DNA of 64,000 nucleotides, from NCBI GenBank assembly GCA_964252035.1, contig OZ176201.1. One strand, written 5' to 3'. Of the stretch, positions 1-12,724 are shown piece by piece. This DNA is from Podarcis erhardii. Its lineage: Eukaryota. Both the position numbers and the translations under genes were made by a program. Numbering within the stretch: the stretch's first letter is position 1; the number at the start of each line of letters is the position of its first letter. Below the pieces are notes generated by a model, which worked only from the letters and a program-made list of their open reading frames with translations, did no database searches and had not been told where the DNA came from.

Positions 1-412
1 TCAGAATGAAGGTGATGAAAAAGTTGTTGATGTCTGGACACCTAGCCAAGTCTAAAGGCAGGGGCCAGCCAAGAATACTATGAGGCTTTGTCGCCCAGTT
101 AGGGTTGTATCATTCCTTGGAATGTCCCCACAATGGAGCTGAAAGGGCAGAGGCAGGAAACCTACAAAGAACAGGGCCAGGAACATCTGGGGATAGTACC
201 CAGCCTCTGGCCAAACACATGTCCCTGCCAGACCAGATAGAACAACCGAGCATTTTATGTGTACTGCTTCTGTCTATGCATTCCCAGCTCTGCCGTAGGG
301 AGCTGTAAGCAGACTCTCAGCAGTTGAGGAGGCCCATGTAGGGTCTGTGTATAACCTCATGCTGGCTGCATGAAGCAGTGGAATTGGACCTGAGTGAATG
401 TTGTTTTTCCCT

Positions 413-416
<4 letters not shown>

Positions 417-462
<46 letters not shown>
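417..462. repeat. (TG)23 microsatellite
   Basis: Perfect dinucleotide run read directly from the sequence. Confidence 0.98.
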
Positions 463-465
<3 letters not shown>

Positions 466-1189
466 GAAACTGTTGCTTATAAATTATGGGTAGGAGAGCA
501 GCCTGTGTAAATCCTTTGCCCTTTCCTTCCTAACCGAGAGCACCTCTTCTCTGCGGCCAATGTACTCCTTAGGAAGGGAATGCAAAGCAAGAGCTGCTGC
601 AGCAGAGGAAAACTCATTCTCGTGTCTGTCCCCATGTGAAAGCCAGTGGGGCAGTTTGGAGACCACAGCTCCTGTGCAAGTCTGCCCTAGCATCATAAAA
701 CGCAGGGAGGCAGGATATAGAGAGAGGTCCCATTGCTAGGTCTGCATCCTGGTCTTTCCTACAGGCAGCATGTCGGTTCTCAAAGTTGGTGTTCAAGGTT
801 AGCCTTGCCAGTTATTGTCTGTCGCGTGGCTCTTTAATTGTGCCATACGTTTGAGCTCAGCCCAAGCCCATCACAATGTCTAAGGGCAGTCTGCCGCCAA
901 GATTACAGCCTTTTCTGATCTTAAACCTGGCACAGCCGCAGCCCATAATGTGCTAATTTGCACTTGGAGGATAGTGGAATGCTGGAGGGATCTGAGGGTG
1001 GGTGTGCTGGAGGCTTGGAGGAGCCAGGCAGCTGCTGCTGGGGATGGTGCCAGGATGTCGTGAGCAGGCAGTTGTTTTTCTCTGGATTACTGAACTCTGC
1101 AAACCCCAGCTTGCTGGACATGGGGCTCCTCTGTCCTTGTTAACTAGAGAGCGGTTGCCTAGATTGTACAATTTGTACCATGCCTCCTT

Positions 1190-1900
1190 GCAGCTCTGAC
1201 ATTGGGATTATATGATAAGGCAAAGGAGAAGGCTGACTTCACTGATGGCAGGGGCAGAGTATTGGGTTCCTCTTCGTGCAGTTTGCCAATTGATCTGTAG
1301 AGCCTATTCCCAATCAACATGTCTGTCGATACAATCAAGAAGTATAGTTTCAGAAAAGCACTATTAATCTGTCTTGCCAGTGCCACCGCCACCTTAGGGT
1401 GGCTGGGCTGATGCACCATGAGGAGCCAAGGCCACTGGAGATGAGGCACCTCAGGAAAATGCGTATCAGCCATCTGGCGTTACATGTCTTTAGCTGCCCC
1501 TGGAGAAAACTCTGGTTATAATTACAGACAACACCACAGCTGTGTGCACATAAACAAGGAAGGAGCACATGTGTGTGTTGTGGAACAACCTGGCAGGTCC
1601 TTGGGAGCAGGGTATTGAAGCACCAGATGAATCACATTGGTGTGACACAAGCACGAAGTGTGCTGATGTATGTGGCAAAAAGGGAGGAGTTACTTTCTGG
1701 AAGAGAAGAATATGGCCTGTGCAATCTCCCTCTAGTTTTAGAGAAGGATCTCAGTTTGGTGGTAGACCACAAGATATGCCTGCTTGGGCATCTCCAATGA
1801 GGGCTGGGAAGGACCCTTGTTTGCAGCCTTGGAGAACCTCCTCTCAGCCAGCCTGGATCATGGTGAAGAACCAGCAGCCTGCAATGCAGATGTTTCCAGC
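1190..1900 (+). mobile_element. Highly degenerate DIRS-like (tyrosine-recombinase retrotransposon) RT/RNase H relic in a GIPC1 intron
   Basis: Across frameshifts and stops the + strand gives LMAGAEYWVP, TLGW, SQGHW, LVIITDNTTAV-HINKEG and DPCLQPW. The order matches the DIRS1 RNase H motif series (GW..QGxW..V.TDNTTAVAYINKQGG..DA..QPW). Confidence 0.5.
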
Positions 1901-2265
1901 AAAGTCTTTGTGACCACATAGGGGTGTGTGATATTTGAGGAGTTGGTAAGAATGGCTCATTCTGCCTTGCCCATTTATGGCATTTGCCCATTTCTGTGGC
2001 CATTACGAAGAAAAAGTCCAATTAACACAAATTGGATCTTTTTATAAGCCAAATTCCTATACAAGGGAAGAGACAGAAGCATGGAGTGGAGATAGCTCAG
2101 GAGGGAGATCTACATGACTGAGTATGGCTGATCAAAAGTAGGTTTGGCTTTGGTTTTGGCTCTGCCAACATTTGGCTTTGGAATGCAGCCCCCACAAGAT
2201 TACCCAAAGGCTGGCTATACAGCCTTTGACCTTAAAAAGGCTCCTTGCTCATGGTGTGGACACTT

Positions 2266-2406
2266 CTGAGCTAGATGGACCAACCTGCTGCCATCTGTAT
2301 GTTTTGAGCTGCAGCTCCCATGGCATGAGCCCTGGCCAGTGGTCAGGGATTATGGGAATTGTAGTCCAAAACATGGTGAGCACCAATTTAGGGAAGGCTG
2401 CCATAG
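2266..2406. mobile_element. Degenerate palindromic hAT-type MITE (GGGAxTTGTAGTCCAAAACAT family)
   Basis: Contains the same ggtcagggattatgggaattgtagtccaaaacat core as the intact copy at 22675-22809. The ends are eroded. Confidence 0.55.
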
Positions 2407-5400
2407 AGTGCTGGCCTGGCCTCTCATGCAAATCAGGAATTGCTCTACCTGTCTGGCTGATAGAAGAATGACTGCACAATCTCTCATTATGAATGCAGGC
2501 AATTATAGTGAACTATAGAAAACCTAAGTTGTTCCTTTAAAAATGAAGAGCTAGGAGCATGTAGAAGAGGTGCTAAGCTTTTGCTCCAGAGCTGCCTCTC
2601 ACTGCCTCTTTTGAAATCTCTGTTTCTTACTTATTAAGTGTCTGAGTTACTGCATTGAAAGTATATGTTGCAATGGCTTCTCACATCGATAACAAAAGCG
2701 TTTCTTTCTCCTCTGGCAATTAACTAAAGTTTTCTATAGAAGTGACTATTGAAGCCTGTCCTCCAGTTGGAAAGACCCGCTCTAGCCTGGAACATGAATG
2801 TAGTCCTCATTAAATTAATGGGAGACACTCACACCCCGCTGCCCAAAGCTTGGCCATTTCTTCTTGATTATGCTTATGGAGAAGCACGTGACCACTCTCG
2901 TGCACGCATCTGCCTTATAAGCTGGCAGACTAATCGTCATGACAAAGGAAGTCAATGCCTCATCCCAGCGACATTCCTAGAATATTGTGTTCTTCCATTC
3001 CCAGCCAGGGCTTTGACCTGCCAGTTACTTTTCCAGGACCACACACTGGATTGGAGGCTGCCTCCCACCAATTAGTTGTGTTGGGCATCTGACTTCAGAG
3101 AACAAAGCAAATTTGAAAGCCTCAGCACTTGTTTTAATTCCTTTCTCAAAGCTGCCCCCGTGTCATTGCACACTTATGTTATGACAGAGATTTTAAGCAA
3201 TGATTTGAACTAATATGAAGTGCTTTTTAGTTCCTTTGGGTAGGAAATCTGCATGGACTTTTGAGCTTATTCAACTAGGCCAGTGTATACCACAGAATAT
3301 ACAGGGGGAAAATAGCTTGGCAGAAGTTTTCCATTTCTAAGCACTGCATTCCTGCTGATAGACTCAGATAAAAAATTTTAAAAAAGTAAATCGGTTGGTA
3401 TTTTGAATTGATTTTGTTATGTAAGCCTTTTTTTCAGAAACCATATATATTAATCTTATGTAGTTAGGCATTGTAGTATGAATGAATTTTGTTCTGTATT
3501 CTTTGTTTTATAGAATATATATAATAATGTTATGTTACTAAGCAAATTTAATAAAACGGGGGAAAATAGATAAACTCAGATCATATGCTGGGTTTGGGAG
3601 GGTATCGCTGCAGTTCTGTATTCTTTTGCACCATTCATCACCCTTCCATTAATTGGTTGTGAAAAAGAGTGGTACTTCCATTTCATGACAGCCTTCCCCA
3701 ACCTAGTGCCCACCAGATGTCTTGGACAAAATTCCCTATTTTCCCCAGCCAGTTCAGTTGGCTAATCCTATTAAGTGCTTCATTAAAGAATCAATACTTT
3801 CCATGTCCCTCCATAAAGTGCCCTGAGTTAATGTCATCAGATTAACACATCTGCCATAGACCCTCTGTTCATGTAGTTCCACACAATGTTCTGTAGGCAA
3901 AAATGCAAAGTGTCTGAGATAAAATATTATCTTGTGCATTTCCACTGTAAACTATACAGAAAGGGCCCGCTATATGCAGTGGCCTTCCTGTTACTGCTTG
4001 TAAGTGGCAAGAGTGCTTTGGATAATGTTGCTGATTTAAGGAAAAGGCTCCTGCGGCTACAGTCTGCTTGGAGGTTAGAGAATAAGTTTACAAGCAGTAT
4101 GAACATAAGCTACAGGGAAGGAAGCATCCAGATCAGCAACAGGCGAGACAGTTGCAGCTGTGAAAAGAACTGCTCAGTCAGCCAAACCTCCTTATCAGGT
4201 ACTCGATGAACCACCACAAACCAGTGATGGCAACAGGGGCCCAAAGCAATTGCAGAAGTCGGGAAATGGCAAGGAGATTAGGACATTGTGGCTGATGGTT
4301 TCATCACCCTCATGCACTGTTCAGAGGAAGTGAGCAAAGACTGCTTTCTCAAGCTTGCAGAATTTGTACAAAACCTTCCCAGAGGTAAAATACTGGCAGG
4401 GAAAGAAATGCCCATCCTGTTTGTACTGCAGTTGGATGCACAGGGTGGGAGCCACCTAACAGGTCCCATCAGCAGAAGCCCTGTGCTAGAACTTCGGCTT
4501 GGCAGAGGGGCTTTCCCCTCTCTTCTCCCCACATAGCCTCTTCAGTTGGCTTGAGAAGGAGGTCAGGAGAACCCCCAGAACTGTGTGTAGGGGGAGGAGA
4601 GGAGGGACTCATTCCACTTGCCAGCTGTGATGCTTGTGCCAATGATCAGCTCAGTGGAGTGCTGAATTCTTCCACAGTGTCCACTGCAGGCTGCTGAGGG
4701 ACTGGAGCTGAGGGTGTGTGAGAGAAAGACAGGTGACCGCCTTGCGGTTTTCCTTTCCATGTTTCCAAGTATAATGTGAAGAGAACAGTCTGTATTTTGG
4801 ATTAGGAGCTCACAGATCTCCTCGTAGGAACTTGTAGAACTTGTGCCCCTCTGCCTGCTGCTGCCCTGCAATCCCCTTCAGCCATGGCCAGTGTGAGCAG
4901 TGGTCAGGGATAGGGATCAGTGAGAGTTGTAATCCATCAACCTCTGGAAAGCTATAGGTCCCCTGCCCCTGCCATAGGCAGTATGTTCAACAATAACCTG
5001 AAAGCGTGGAAAGGTGCCACTTGACACATTGGTACAAACCCTGAATTAACTGCTCTTCTGCTCCATGTGAAATGGCCCTCTGCATCTCCTCTGCCCAACA
5101 TAGCTCTGTTATCACTATCTTGTTTTTGATTATACTTACCTTGTTGGGGTAGAGTTCTTGTAAGTTTGCTCCCCCTGCTTCTGTTCTTGCCCCGCATCTC
5201 CCCCTTGGTGTTGACACAGCTGGCTTCTTCCAACATCACTCTTTCTATTCTTGCCTTTAGAAAGAATGTCTAATTCAGACTGTCCTGCAGTGCTAGACTT
5301 TACCCCCCTCCACTTCCCCTTTCCCCTTTCCTCTATCTGGGAACTTGATGCTGCAGAGGCGTTGACCCCTTGGCAAGCCATGGATCTAACAGGACTAATT

Positions 5401-5932
5401 CCCTCTCTCTAGGGGCTTTAATTGATTCTTCAGCTGAAATTAACAGTGCCTTGAGAGGCACGTAGACTCAGAAGGTGCAGTTCTGGCAAGGGCTATGGAA
5501 ATATGACATCTGCAGGCATGGGAGCTGCTGCTGAGAAGATGTCTTTTTTGTTTTATTTGAGCATTGGGATGTGAGAAGGAAATGGGCCTGATGTGTTTTG
5601 GGGATATATATATATATTTAAAAGTCTTCAGCTACATAGAATGGCATTTCCTAAGCTTGCTTCACAGTGGTCTCCTTGCCATCACTCCCCTTCTTAGCTT
5701 CCACTGTGGAAAGATTGTCCTTACCATTGCTATTGCCTACACCATTTCTTGAATGCCTCTCTCAATCTCTGCCCTTTCATTCTTTCTTTCTTTGGTTGGT
5801 GCATGTTGCCCCGCACATCATATTGAAAACATCATGTGGAAAACATTCTGTTGGGCTTGTTTCTAAGCTGGGACCACCAGCATGCAGACTCTGCAAAAAA
5901 GCTCACCGGGCTTTTCTCTTGCTCTGTTCCAG

Positions 5933-6045
5933 ATATGATCAGTCAGCGGTCTGCAGGAGGCAAACACAGTGGGAGCGCTCAGCTTGGCACAGGAAGGGGC
6001 ACCCTACGACTTCGGGCCAAAGGACCAGCCACTGTGGAGGAACAG
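5933..6045 (+). CDS. GIPC1: GIPC1 coding exon (antepenultimate; DMISQRSAGGKHSGSAQLGTGRGTLRLRAKGPATVEEQ)
   Basis: Peptide matches GIPC1 DMISQRS...GTGRGTLRLR..GPATVE. AG acceptor at 5931-5932, GT donor at 6046. 113 nt, phase 1 in and phase 0 out. Confidence 0.96.
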
Positions 6046-6643
6046 GTGTGTGTTCAGCAAGCCCAGAAATGTAGAGCAGTAGGATCAGCAGCCCTGCTCT
6101 GCTCCACTTTTTCCCAAGAGTGGTTTAGAGCAGGTGTCCACAAATCCACCCCCCTCTGGTGAGAGGGATGCCCAGCAGCATATTTCCCCCCTGCCCCTGA
6201 GCTCTTCCTTGTGGCATGGTTTTAGAGGAGGGGGGAGAAGGAGCAGGCATCTCTCCTGTTTCTCTCATCTCCTTCTCCCTGCTTCTCCTTCAAGTTATTG
6301 TGCAGACCAGAGAAGTAAAGGGATGTTATGATGGTATTGGTGGCAAGAGGGATAGCCCAGCTGATACACTCAGCCCTGGGTTGGTACTTTTCCTCACCCC
6401 CTTCATGCATCTTCTGAAGACATGGAGCCACACGTGGTCCCTGGATAACCAGCTCTAGAGTCTCCCGCTCTCCAATCTCTACCAAAATTCTTCAGCCACA
6501 TTGCAGCCATTTTCTTCTGCATTAGACCCATTGGCCCTGTCAGCTAGTAGCCATAGCCAAGTCGCAGCGGCCACCCCTCAAGTTAATAGAGAGGAAAACA
6601 GACATTGTTGCTGCTTCAGTCATTGTGTTCTTCCTCTTCACAG

Positions 6644-6725
6644 CCATCTGCATTTGAGGAAAAGGCCATCGAGAAGGTTGATGATCTTTTGGAGAGTTAC
6701 ATGGGCATCCGTGACACGGAGCTAG
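6644..6725 (+). CDS. GIPC1: GIPC1 coding exon (penultimate; [27 protein letters not shown])
   Basis: Identical to the recalled GIPC1 GH2-domain peptide. Flanks are ttcacag| and |gtgagt. 82 nt. Confidence 0.97.
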
Positions 6726-6955
6726 GTGAGTTGCCACTACCTTTCCTCTTTTAATCTGGAAATAAACCACCCAAAGCAAACTAGTTAAGAGACTGCTGGC
6801 ATCTCCCCTTGATTTGCACACCTTTCCAATGCTGGAATGGGAGCCAATGTGAAGCTCTCCCTGTGCCTCTGTCTCAGTTGTTGTGTTGGCTTGTGAGCTG
6901 TTTGGGGTGTGGAGCAGATGCTCACCTCTGGCTTTCTTTCCTTTTCCCCACACAG

Positions 6956-7107
6956 CTGCTACCATGGTGGAGCTGGGAAAGGACAAACGGAATCCTGACG
7001 AATTTGCTGAGTCCCTGGACGAGCAGCTGGGGGACTTTGCCTTCCCCGACGAGTTCGTCTTCGACGTCTGGGGAGCGATTGGCGATGCCAAGGTTGGGCG
7101 CTACTAG
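6956..7107 (+). CDS. GIPC1: GIPC1 last coding exon (AATMVELGKDKRNPDEFAESLDEQLGDFAFPDEFVFDVWGAIGDAKVGRY*)
   Basis: Characteristic GIPC1 C-terminus ending DAKVGRY, with a polypyrimidine/cag acceptor and TAG stop at 7105-7107. Upstream exons were not found, so they lie before the window. Confidence 0.98.
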
Positions 7108-10100
7108 GACTCTGCGCCCTCTGCTGGACCCTGCAGGCAGGACTACTAGGCAGGCCACTGGTGGGCCTGGCACACCACTGTGCCCTCACTTCGATGCTGG
7201 GCCACACCTGCCTCCTTTCCCTAGGGGCTGGAGAGGCCCTCGAGCAATAAGTCACCTGCATTAATGACTGGAGTGTAATGTGAATGGGGGCCAGAATCAC
7301 TGCTGCTGACCACCTCTTTGTGCATGAGGCTCCCTCAGACCTGAACACAGTCTGCTAGGAGTCCCTTGCTGCCAGTTCTTGGCTTCTGCCACTCTGCTCA
7401 TACAGTTTGCTGTTCTCAGGGAGATGCAGCTGCTCCTTGCTGGTTTCCAGGCCTATCCTTGAACGAGGATATGCAGGCATCCTGATAGGCAGTTAGTCTG
7501 GGGGGAATCTCACAGGCACTCTCAGGTGACAGATGAGGCTGGGGTGAGCTCGGATGGGTTTGGACAGCCCTGACACAACCATTTGGGTGGGTGGGCAGGT
7601 GCGGCAAAAGCTCCTCACTGTGCATATCTGCTCTGGATAGGCTAAGAGGGTACACACACTCATCCCTCTTTTCCAGCATGAACATCCTCTGCTGGTCCAG
7701 CTCCAATCCATTTTGGTACGATATGCACTGGGAAGCTGTTTCTCTTGCCACAGGTGGGCCTCGTTTCATAGCTGCTCTCTCTTGCTTGATCCTCATAGCT
7801 TGGCTTTGGGTAGTAAATGCAAGAAATCAGAGAGCATCAGATTACAAGGTAAAAAAAAACAACTGGTGGAGGAAATAAAGTCCCCGACCCCAATCTTGTT
7901 TCCTAGAGAGATCCTTTCCTTCCATGTGGCTAGGCAGCCCTTCCAGCTGAGTTTCAGCTGCTGGTCCTACCCTGCCTAACAAAGCCTGCCTCTGCTTCCC
8001 AGCCCCATCGTCAGCTGTTGAACTTGAATCCATTTTGAGCGGCAGTCTCAAGCTTCCTTTGGTTGGGCATGGCTGAGAACAGCTGGCAGCAGAGACACAA
8101 GGCTGTATAGCCAGCCACTCCCACTCCCCCTGAATGGATCTGGCTTGTCCTGCCCCCAACCACTTCCCCAGAGCAAAGTGTAGTTTCAAGGCCCACCTTC
8201 TCTTTAACCGCCACCCCCCATCTGCAGCTGAGCTTCTTGCCCCCAGTCACTCACACTTTGTGGATAGTACAAAGGTTGTCGTCCCATGTGTCTCACTGGC
8301 GATGAGCCATTGCTGAGCCTGTCACACCAGTGGCATTCCCCCGTCCCAATTACTGCTGGGAATATTCCCTTACTGGACTGGTTCTGGGGAACTCCTCTGC
8401 TCAGGGTGGTGCTGCTTGGCACTGGGGACGTTTCCAGAGGGCAGCAAAACCACAAGCAGCAACAGCAGCAGGTTCTCCTTGCGGTCTGGGTTTGGGCATG
8501 TCCTTGTCGAGATCTGTCTTTGACTAATCTGTCCAACTTTGTCATACTGACCTACCTCCCAGGGTGGCCCAGTTAATAATGCCTGAAAAGCTGCCTCTGT
8601 TAAATTATTGATATTCTCTCACTGACACTACACGCGCGCACACCCACACCCAAATGTTGGGCCTCTTCCCTGTACTGTATCCCAATACTGTAGTTCAGGC
8701 ACTGTCTGGTCACCCTAGGAGCCATGAAGGCCCCCTCCCTCTTCAATTACACCTCACAGCCCCAATCCACCTACTGTATCTCTTTAAGACACTAATCCCA
8801 GGTAGGATGTGGAGCCTAGTTGCCCTCGGGACCCACACCTCATGCTCAGAGTGGGTGAGGTTTCTGCCAAGCCTTGCTGCCTTCCTGTGCCCTGGCACTG
8901 GAAGCTTTGTGGGTAGACCAGGCACCACATTCTCCTTGGGCATATTTTTGTATTCTATGTGTAAAGCATCTTTAAGATAAAAATATATTGACATTACTAA
9001 ATTGCTTTTTGCCTGCATGTGTGCTTAAGGGATGTGTTATGGGGAGGGGAGGTGCAGAGTGCCCACAAGTGGAGTTCCAGCTTATCCCATCTCTTGGCCA
9101 ACACAGACAAAAATTAAAGCTTCCTCTGTGGAGGAAATGGTAGGATGCGGGAGTTGGGACCCAGCCGGTTAGGGTGGTGTTGCAAATCTGGGTAAGCAAG
9201 ACGGTTCTCTGGTTGCTGCTAAGGGAGACGTGAGCAAGTGCGTGCAGCAATTACCTCAAAAGAGAGGTTGCAGATGGCACATTGGGAAAAAGGAAACTAC
9301 CCAGAGAAATACCCAGTAAAACAACTGCAGTACCCTAACTTCATGGCCAGGTGCAACTTTTTCCTGGGGGGTCTCTATGCTTGAGCCCTGTCAAAGCAAC
9401 ACATAAAAATAATGTGTCTCGTTTGCTAGGGGTCTGCCTCTGGAGTGAGAGCAAATAACCTCAAAGTAGTCGTTCGATTTCTGCCCTGTGATATTTGTGT
9501 TTCCTTGGCTCAAATATTTCTAAATCTCCCTGCTTGGAACAGTCCAAATATTAAACGGGTTGGTGAGGGCTGGGTTGGAAATGGCCCTGCATGTGAAGTG
9601 GAACCAGATGCTGCACTGTGTGCAGCCAGCAATTTCATTTTAATGGGCACTCTGAGATTCTACAGCTCCTAGTAAGCCGCATAGGCCCTTGAATGCTCTG
9701 GTCATGTGGTATTGGAAGGAGTTGCTCCCCCCTTCCCAGGTACATACCAATTCTCCCCCCACCTTAGAATCAAGTTAGTAGGGATGTGTCAGATGCCCAC
9801 CCTTTGAGGGGCCGCAGTGATGCATATGGCAGTCTTGTCTTCCAGTCTTCTTGCTGCAACCACTGTACCAGGCCACCCTTAGTCACCAAGGTGGACCTTG
9901 CGCTTTCTGTCTCCACTGCTAGAAGGAGCATCGGGTAGGACTATTGTGGCTATGTTTCTGAGAAGCAACAAGCAGGAACAAACACGCCATCCTGCCGGCT
10001 GATTGGGGGCTGGGAAATGGGATGGCTTCCCCCCATGGGAGGCAAGGCGCAAACAATGAGGGGAAAAAGGCCAACTTGTTCATCCCCTGTCAGGATGCAC

Positions 10101-11519
10101 AAGACAATTAGCTGGGCCATACAGGTCTAAACAGGGATTCAGCAAGCCATTGTAGTAACTGATGTGCATTTTCATACATCAAGAAACTGGTTCCATACAG
10201 GGTGTCTGGGAGCACTCTAGCTGTGATGGTGTTAAGGGTCCAAGTTTGCTCCTAAAATACCGAGAGCAAAGTTACTTGCCCATCCATTCCTTAGCTGCAG
10301 CCCTGCTGCCAACATTTTAGTGCAATTGACCCCTGGGAGTGCCTGCATTGAGCTGAATCTGCCACACAAAAGCAATTGGAAGGATGCTTGTTTTGAAGCC
10401 TGCATGACGTATATTGCCGTCTGTGTTTTATTTACCTTTTGGTAGTTGGACTTGGACCTGTTCCATCCCTTAAAGTTGTTTTAAAGAGCACAATAAGAAA
10501 TAATAGGATGTCTCCCAGAGAAAACCAAGACTCCACCCTTGTAAACAGCTGCTTCTCCATGTAGGATGATGATGCCCTGGAGAAGCTACTCTCCTCATTC
10601 CACTCCACCTCACCCCAGAAGCACTTGTAGTCTGCTCTCTCCTACACCCACACACTGTTCTGTGGGTTCCCCTGGCGCATGTGCGCACACACACACACTG
10701 AGTCAATTTATTTTGGGGGGGAAGCCTTGCTGTGCTAGTGGGAACCCTTGTGTGGGCTTCCATTAGTGGAACTCATTATCTGAATCCTGTTCTGTGTGTT
10801 ATTCTGGCTTTTTGGGGGGCTTATTCAGATGTCCAACCTAGCAACTTTATTTCTTGGTATTAAAAATACACTTCTCTGACCGAGCACTCAGAAGTAGTGC
10901 AAAATGCTATTCCCCGTATATCTTTGGAGGAGGTAATTTTGTACATGCTGCAGGAGGGGAGAGGGGGAGAGAATTGGGTGCAAATGCCTTGCTAAATGGT
11001 GTGAGAGTCTTCAGGGACCGCTATAACATTGCAGCTGTTAGAGGAGTTTTTTAAGACCAGCTTGGCAATCCTGTTGGAATGGTGCAGCAGGGACTACTTA
11101 GCCTTTGACTTTAATAGAGAAGGGAGAAAAGACACATGCTGCCTTTCAAGAATATAAGAAAAAGATTTGTAGATGAGAACAAAGCTCCATCTGGTCTGGT
11201 CCCAGCATGATTTCTTTGGAAATTCCAGCAGGACGTGGAGGCAACAGCCTTTCTTTGTGTGTTTTCAGTATGCGGTACTCCAAAGGATGCTTCAGGGATA
11301 GGCGACCTGTGGCCCTCCAGATCTCTCATCATCCTTGGCCATTGGCTATGCTGGGCTGATGGAAGTTGGAGTCCAACAACTTCTGGGGGGTCACAGATTC
11401 CCCATTCCTGGAGGCTTGGCTTTCTTTGCACTCAGGTGGGGGAGCTACCATGGCCTTTGTAAAGCAATCAAGAGATAGCAGCCAGCAGTGCTTTGTGGGG
11501 GAATGAATTCCAAAGATTA

Positions 11520-11778
11520 CCGTATTTTTTGCTCAATAAGACTCACTTTTTCCCTCCTAAAAAGTAAGGGGAAATGTGTGTGCATCTTATGGAGCGAATG
11601 CAGGCTGCGCAGCTATCCCAGAAGCCAGAACAGTAAGAGGGATTGCTGCTTTCACTGCGCAGCGATCCCTCTTGCTGTTCTAGCTTCTGAGATTCAGAAT
11701 ATTTTTTTTCTTGTTTTCCTCCTCCAAAAACTAGGTGCGTCTTATGGTCTGGTGCGTCTTATAGAGCGAAAAATATGG
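11520..11778. mobile_element. Tc1/mariner-type MITE with TA target duplication, inserted in a CR1-like fragment
   Basis: Termini CCGTATTTTTTGCTCAATAAGAC ... GTCTTATAGAGCGAAAAATATGG form imperfect TIRs, flanked by TA at 11518-11519 and 11779-11780. The rejoined flanks (gaattccaaagatta|attctgcattgtgtgaagaagt) resemble a CR1 3' antisense segment. Confidence 0.85.
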
Positions 11779-12436
11779 TAATTCTGCATTGTGTGAAGAA
11801 GTTCCTTTCATTTAACCTTAGAGGACTGCTTTTACCAATGGTACAAGCAAGAGTAAAAAGAGTATGTGAGGAAGTGTGTTGCATGTAATGATTTGTCATA
11901 GTCATGCAGCCCTCAATCAAAATAGGACTTATAAGCATTGGTAGACCTGCTGGTGCAAGAGAGAAAGTGGCTGGGCAGATGAGATGGGGGAAGTGTATGA
12001 TTGGGGAGACGAGGACTCGCTTTTTGCCCACAGCTTGAATTTGCTCTTGGAGCACTCGAGTGAAAATATTTCCTTGCAGTCAACACGCTAGCTTGAAAGG
12101 TGTTGTCTGGCAATTGAGTCACACTCTGCATTCCAGCTGCAAGCAAGCAAGCAAACAAAAACCCTTTTATTTGGATAAATTTGATGAGCCAGCCAGATAG
12201 CGCACATAGTATTCAAACGTTTATGAGAACTAATTTGACACTTCACCCAGCCATAAGAGTCAGCTTTTTCCAGTCCAGTAGTGCTAGGAAGCCGGCCCAC
12301 AGATGCTCTTGGCTAGCAGCCTCCCTCTTTACCCAGAACTGGTTAATGGTCTGTCTAACTGATCACCCCCTGTTCTGCTAAACAGGTTCCCATTCTCAAC
12401 ATCTCCCTTGGCTCCTGCTGTCTGTAGGGCCCAGTA

Positions 12437-12724
12437 CCGTGGTACCTCTAGTTAAGGACTTGATCCGTTCCGGGGTGCCGTTCGCACCCTGAAAAGTCCG
12501 CAACTAGAGCGCTGCTTCTGCACACACACACACACACACACACAGCACAATAGAGCACTTCTGTGCACGTGTGAGGTGCACAGAGCTCTTCTGTGCATGC
12601 ACGAGACACGCAGAGCGCTTCTGTGCATGCGCATGGGGCGACACCCAGAAGTATACACTTCCGGGTTTGCCACGTTTGTATCCTGAAAAAACACAACCGG
12701 AGACTGACATAACAAAAGGTACCC
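12437..12724. mobile_element. Tc1/pogo-derived non-autonomous element containing a (CA)n tract
   Basis: Left end TA-CCGTGGTACCTCTAGTTAAGGACTT resembles CAGTGGTACCTC-type TIRs. The right end (aaaaggtacc) is eroded. Internal gagcgcttctgtgcatg repeats are present. Confidence 0.6.

Noticed and set aside
1569-1913. 114-aa ORF as a host gene exon
   Set aside because: No recognisable protein or splice context. It is better explained as part of the decayed DIRS-like relic.
4288-4536. ORF containing LPRG as the missing GIPC1 PDZ exon
   Set aside because: Only four residues match (GIPC1 has LLKELPRGRTFTLKL). The rest does not align and there are no suitable splice sites. The true exon must be upstream of the window.
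5134-5262. Strong antisense donor (AAG|gtaagt, 5138-5139) and a + strand polypyrimidine/AG acceptor (5259-5260)
   Set aside because: No partner splice site or recognisable product for either. Isolated splice-like motifs are common in long introns.
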